From assembly GCA_964355095.1 (NCBI GenBank), contig CAYHCX010000017.1, positions 1 through 57,345 of the forward strand: 57,345 bases of DNA. The letters are read 5' to 3'. The translations under genes and the position numbers were made by a program. The DNA comes from an uncultured Acidobacterium sp. GTDB lineage: Bacteria; Acidobacteriota; Vicinamibacteria; Vicinamibacterales; UBA2999. Under the pieces are notes generated by a model that saw only the letters and a list, made by a program, of their open reading frames with translations, ran no database searches and was not told where the DNA came from. Below, piece by piece: positions 54,238 to 57,345 of this stretch. Position 1 is the first letter of the stretch; each line of letters opens with the position of its first letter.

Positions 54238-55526
54238 ATGACCCATCGCCACGACATCATCTGCATCTCGTCGATCGACTGGGACTTCATCTGGCAGGGT
54301 CACCAGGAGATCATGTCGCGCCTTGCGGCGGACGGGCATCGGGTCTTGTTCATCGAGAACACGGGCGTCCGTCAGATTCGGGTCAGCGACGCCGGCCGCA
54401 TCCGCGCGTGCCTGATGAACTGGTGGCGAGGCACCAAAGGTTTCCGCGAAGAGCGGCTCAACCTGTTCGTGCTGTCGCCGCTCGTGGTGCCGCTGCGATA
54501 CTCGCGCATGGCGCGCTGGATCAACCGGGTGGTGCTGATGCGCAGCCTGACCCGGTGGATGCGCGCCACCGGCGTGGCCCGGCCAATCGTCTGGACGTTC
54601 CTGCCGACACCGCTCGCCCGCGATGTCATCGATCACCTCGACCCGGCCCTGACGATCTATCACTGCGTGGACGATTTTCGGCGAGCTCGACAGAGGCGAA
54701 ACGGATTGTCAGCAGCGAGGAACGGCTGTTCCGCGACGCCGATCTCGTGTTCGTGACCTCCGAGGAACTGCGCGTGCGTGCCAGCCGCTACTCGCAGCGG
54801 GTTCACCTCTTTCCATCGGGCGTCAGCCTCGAAGCGTTCGAACGTGATCACCTGGCCGTGCCGGACGATCTGCAGGCGTTGCCGCGGCCGGTCGCGGGTT
54901 ATGTGGGCGGTCTCCATCAGTGGGTCGATCAGGAACTGCTCGAGGCGGCCGCCACACAGCTGCCTGACGTGTCGTTCGCGCTGATTGGTCCCGCGCAAGT
55001 CGACATTTCGAAACTCGCCGCGCTCCCGAACGTGCATCTGTTCGGCCAGCGCCCGCACGCCGAGGTGCCGCGTTACATCAACGGGTTTGATGGCGGGCTC
55101 GTGCCGTATCGCATCAGCTCCTACACGGCGAACGTCTACCCGGCGAAGATGAACGAGTACCTGGTGCTGGGCAAGCCGGTGGTCGCGACGGATCTCGCCG
55201 AAGTCAGGCGATTCAACCGCGAGCACGGCGATCTGATTCGCACTGGCACCGACGCGGCGGGTTTCGCGGCCGCGATTCGTGCCGCCCTTGTACCGGCGAC
55301 GGCGGAGGAAATCTCGAGACGCCGCGATGCCGCGCGCGCGAACGGCTGGGATCAGCGCATTCGCGCGATGTTCGCGCTCATTGACCCCGCGGTTGACGCC
55401 AGGGACGCCGGCGCGCGCGGGTGGGAAGCGGGTCTGCGCGCGCTGTATTCGGTGGCACGACGCCGCACCGCGCAGGCGGTGCTCGCCGTGATGTTGTGTA
55501 TGTGCTTCTCTTCCAGACGCCGCTGA
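54238..55526 (+). pseudogene. GT-B glycosyltransferase disrupted by a -1 frameshift in a T4 run (54675-54678)
   Basis: Frame 1 gives MTHRHDIICISSIDWDFIWQGHQEIM...TIYHCVDDF. It continues in frame 0 as SASSTEAKRIVSSEERLFRDADLVFVTSEEL...GYVGG.... One extra T would restore a single ORF. The 3' end runs into the degraded DUF218 copy without a clean stop. Confidence 0.75.
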
Positions 55527-56097
55527 TTTGGTGGCTGGCCTCGCCGCTACGAGTCGCCCACCCGCCGCAACCGGCCGACGCGATCGTCGTGTTTGCCGGA
55601 GGCGTCGGAGAGTCCGGCAAGGCGATCCCGACCGCTTTTTCGGAGGCGTCGACCTATTGCAAGCCGGCAAAGCTCCACTGCTGGTTCTGACTGGCGGCGT
55701 TGTGTCGATGAATCCTAGAGTGGCGCTGGAAGGCGATGTCATGAAGAGCTACGCCTTGCGGTTGGGCGTGGCCGAGGAGCGCATTGCCACGACCGGCCTG
55801 GTGCTCAACACCCGCCGAGGAGGCGACGGCGGTGTCGAAGCTGCTCAACGACCGCGGGTTGGCCCGGGCGCGGGTGCTGCTGGTGACGTCCGCCTTCACA
55901 TGCAGCGTGCACAACGGCAGTTCGAGAGCCACAACCTCGAGGTCCTGCCGTTCCCCGTTGATTTTTTCGGCCGCGGATCGGGTGGTATCGGTTTCCTGAC
56001 CGTCATGCCCAGTCCCAACGCGCTCCGCAATTCGCAGGAAGCCGTTCGGGAGATGTACGGGCGCGCCTATTACCGGCTGGTGAACGCGCTGCCGTGA
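55443..56097 (+). pseudogene. Degraded second copy of the DUF218 gene (start codon lost, at least 3 internal frameshifts)
   Basis: Homology to 52233..52985 is spread over three frames. The pieces are ADAIVVFAGG (frame 2), DPDRFFGGVDLLQAGKAPLLVLTGG (frame 1), AEEATAVSKLLNDRGLARARVLLVTSAF (frame 2) and HMQRAQRQFESHNLEVLPFPVDF...REMYGRAYY (frame 1). ATG is replaced by CTG at 55443. Confidence 0.75.
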
Positions 56098-57272
56098 CAG
56101 CGCCTCACATCCTGATGATCTGCGGCGCCTATTGGCCGGAATTCAGCAGTGGCGGACTACAATCGCAGGCGGCCGCTCGACTGCTTGCGGGCCGCGCTCA
56201 CTTCCGCGTGCTGACGACCAGCACGAGTCCTGGTCTGGCGCCGGCCGAGCTAATCGACTTGGTGCAGGTCACGCGCGTTCACATCGACATCGCGAGCCGC
56301 TGGTCCAGGCTGGTCGCGGCATTAAGACTGTTCTCGGCACTCTGCCGCCTCGTGCCTGCCGCGGACGTTGTTCACCTGCAGGGTTTTTCATCGAAAAACA
56401 TCCTCGCGTCGATCGCCGCCAGGTTGTTTCACCGGCCGACGCTGCTGCACCTGCAAACGTCGCGTCATGACGAGCCCCTCGCCATCGCGAACCAGGGTCG
56501 GTTGGCCTGGTGGTCTTTTACCACGGCGAACCGTTACTTGAGCGTGAGTCCCGGTCTTCACGCGTCGTATCTCCAGGCCGGGCTGCCTCCGGATCGGATT
56601 CGCGTTGTACCGAACGGCGTCGATACGGCCCGATTTGTTCCGGCGTCGCTCGGTGCGCGGCGCGCAATGCGTGCAGTCCTGGGACTGCCAATGGACCGGC
56701 CGATGGTGTTGTTCGTCGGTGTGCTCAGCGAAGACAAACAGCCGCACGTGCTGCTCGATGCCTGGCACTCCCTACAATCAGACGCCGCAACCGCGTCAAC
56801 GCTGGTGTTTGTCGGCGCGACCAATCCGTCGCTCTTCGAGCTTGGCGACCGGCTCGCCGATCGCATGCGCGAAGACCTGACCCGACGGGGCCGTGCCGAT
56901 GGCGTGGTGTTTGTCGAGCCGACTCACCAGATCGAGCGCTTCTATCAGGCAGCCGACATCCTGGTGATGCCGTCGCTGCGCGAAGGCTGGCCCAACGTGC
57001 TGATCGAGGCGATGTCGTCCGGTCTGCCGATCGTGGCTTCGCGGCTGGCGGGGTCAACGGACGTCCTGATCGAGGATGGCGTGACCGGCCGGTTAGTGGT
57101 CCCGGGTGATGTCGCCGGCTTCGCCGCCGCCATTGCGGAGGTTCTGGGAGACCCGGCACTGGCTGCGCAACGCGGCGCCGATGCGCGGCGTGTCGTTGAA
57201 GCTCGCTACGACATGCAGAAGATTGCCGAGGGCTGGCTGGACGCCTACACCGATCTGCTCGCGAAGGCATGA
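56094..57272 (+). CDS. GT4-family glycosyltransferase, paralog of 53047
   Basis: GTGA overlap with the upstream pseudogene. ILMICGAYWPEFSSGGLQ, ILVMPSLREGWPNVLIEAMSSGLPIVAS. Confidence 0.88.
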   Translation: MTAPHILMICGAYWPEFSSGGLQSQAAARLLAGRAHFRVLTTSTSPGLAPAELIDLVQVTRVHIDIASRWSRLVAALRLFSALCRLVPAADVVHLQGFSSKNILASIAARLFHRPTLLHLQTSRHDEPLAIANQGRLAWWSFTTANRYLSVSPGLHASYLQAGLPPDRIRVVPNGVDTARFVPASLGARRAMRAVLGLPMDRPMVLFVGVLSEDKQPHVLLDAWHSLQSDAATASTLVFVGATNPSLFELGDRLADRMREDLTRRGRADGVVFVEPTHQIERFYQAADILVMPSLREGWPNVLIEAMSSGLPIVASRLAGSTDVLIEDGVTGRLVVPGDVAGFAAAIAEVLGDPALAAQRGADARRVVEARYDMQKIAEGWLDAYTDLLAKA

Positions 57273-57345
57273 CCCACCGCCACGACATCATCTGCATCTC
57301 GTCGATCGACTGGGACTTTATCTGGCAGGGCCACCAGGAGATCAT
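57269..57345 (+). CDS. GT-B glycosyltransferase, 5' fragment (second copy of the 54238 gene; continues beyond window)
   Basis: ATGA overlap with the upstream gene. MTHRHDIICISSIDWDFIWQGHQEI is identical in protein to the 54238 copy, with 74/77 nt identical. Confidence 0.8.
   Translation, partial: MTHRHDIICISSIDWDFIWQGHQEI

Noticed and set aside
1-57345. A phage-defence, toxin-antitoxin, secretion or CRISPR-type system hidden in the window.
   Set aside because: No nuclease, helicase, ATPase-of-unknown-function, reverse transcriptase, Cas-like or toxin-like ORFs were seen. Essentially all coding capacity is accounted for by glycan biosynthesis genes and one IS element.

Overview
This is a visibly GC-rich bacterial chromosomal segment, and almost all of it is one very large cell-surface glycan (O-antigen/EPS-type) biosynthesis region. 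No rRNA, tRNA, CRISPR array or recognisable defence or toxin system is present. All family calls come from motifs read by eye, with no searches run.

Block A (1-10898) holds:
- the 3' end of a hexapeptide sugar N-acetyltransferase;
- a GT-C-like membrane protein gene carrying two in-frame tandem repeats;
- a partly duplicated ABC-exporter module: GT-like gene, wzm, wzt, then a chimeric ORF that keeps only a Wzm-like C-terminal helix, a GT-like paralog and a second wzt;
- a DegT-type aminotransferase and a GNAT;
- one large membrane protein on the minus strand.

A 300-bp AT-richer gap (10899-11198) with promoter- and operator-like elements separates the two blocks.

Block B (11199-57345) is about 46 kb of co-directional, often start/stop-overlapping genes. 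It contains:
- a Wzz-like PCP, a Wzy-like polymerase, a Wzx flippase and an initiating phosphoglycosyl transferase;
- about 10 further GT2/GT4 glycosyltransferases and 2 more large polytopic membrane proteins;
- nucleotide-sugar enzymes: rfbF, RmlC-like, RmlD-like, SDR epimerases, a 2-epimerase and an AsnB-like amidotransferase;
- an unusual density of methyl-transfer chemistry: 9 SAM methyltransferases (two of them TylCIII-type C-methyltransferases), 2 paralogous B12-binding radical SAM enzymes and a MiaB/RimO-like radical SAM without a TRAM domain.

An intact IS630-family element sits antisense, exactly on a CTAG at a gene's stop codon. The 3' end of the window is a roughly 3-kb tandem duplication (DUF218-GT4-GT) in which one stretch has accumulated at least 4 frameshifts.

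The most novel-looking content is the radical-SAM/methyltransferase-rich glycan tailoring set.
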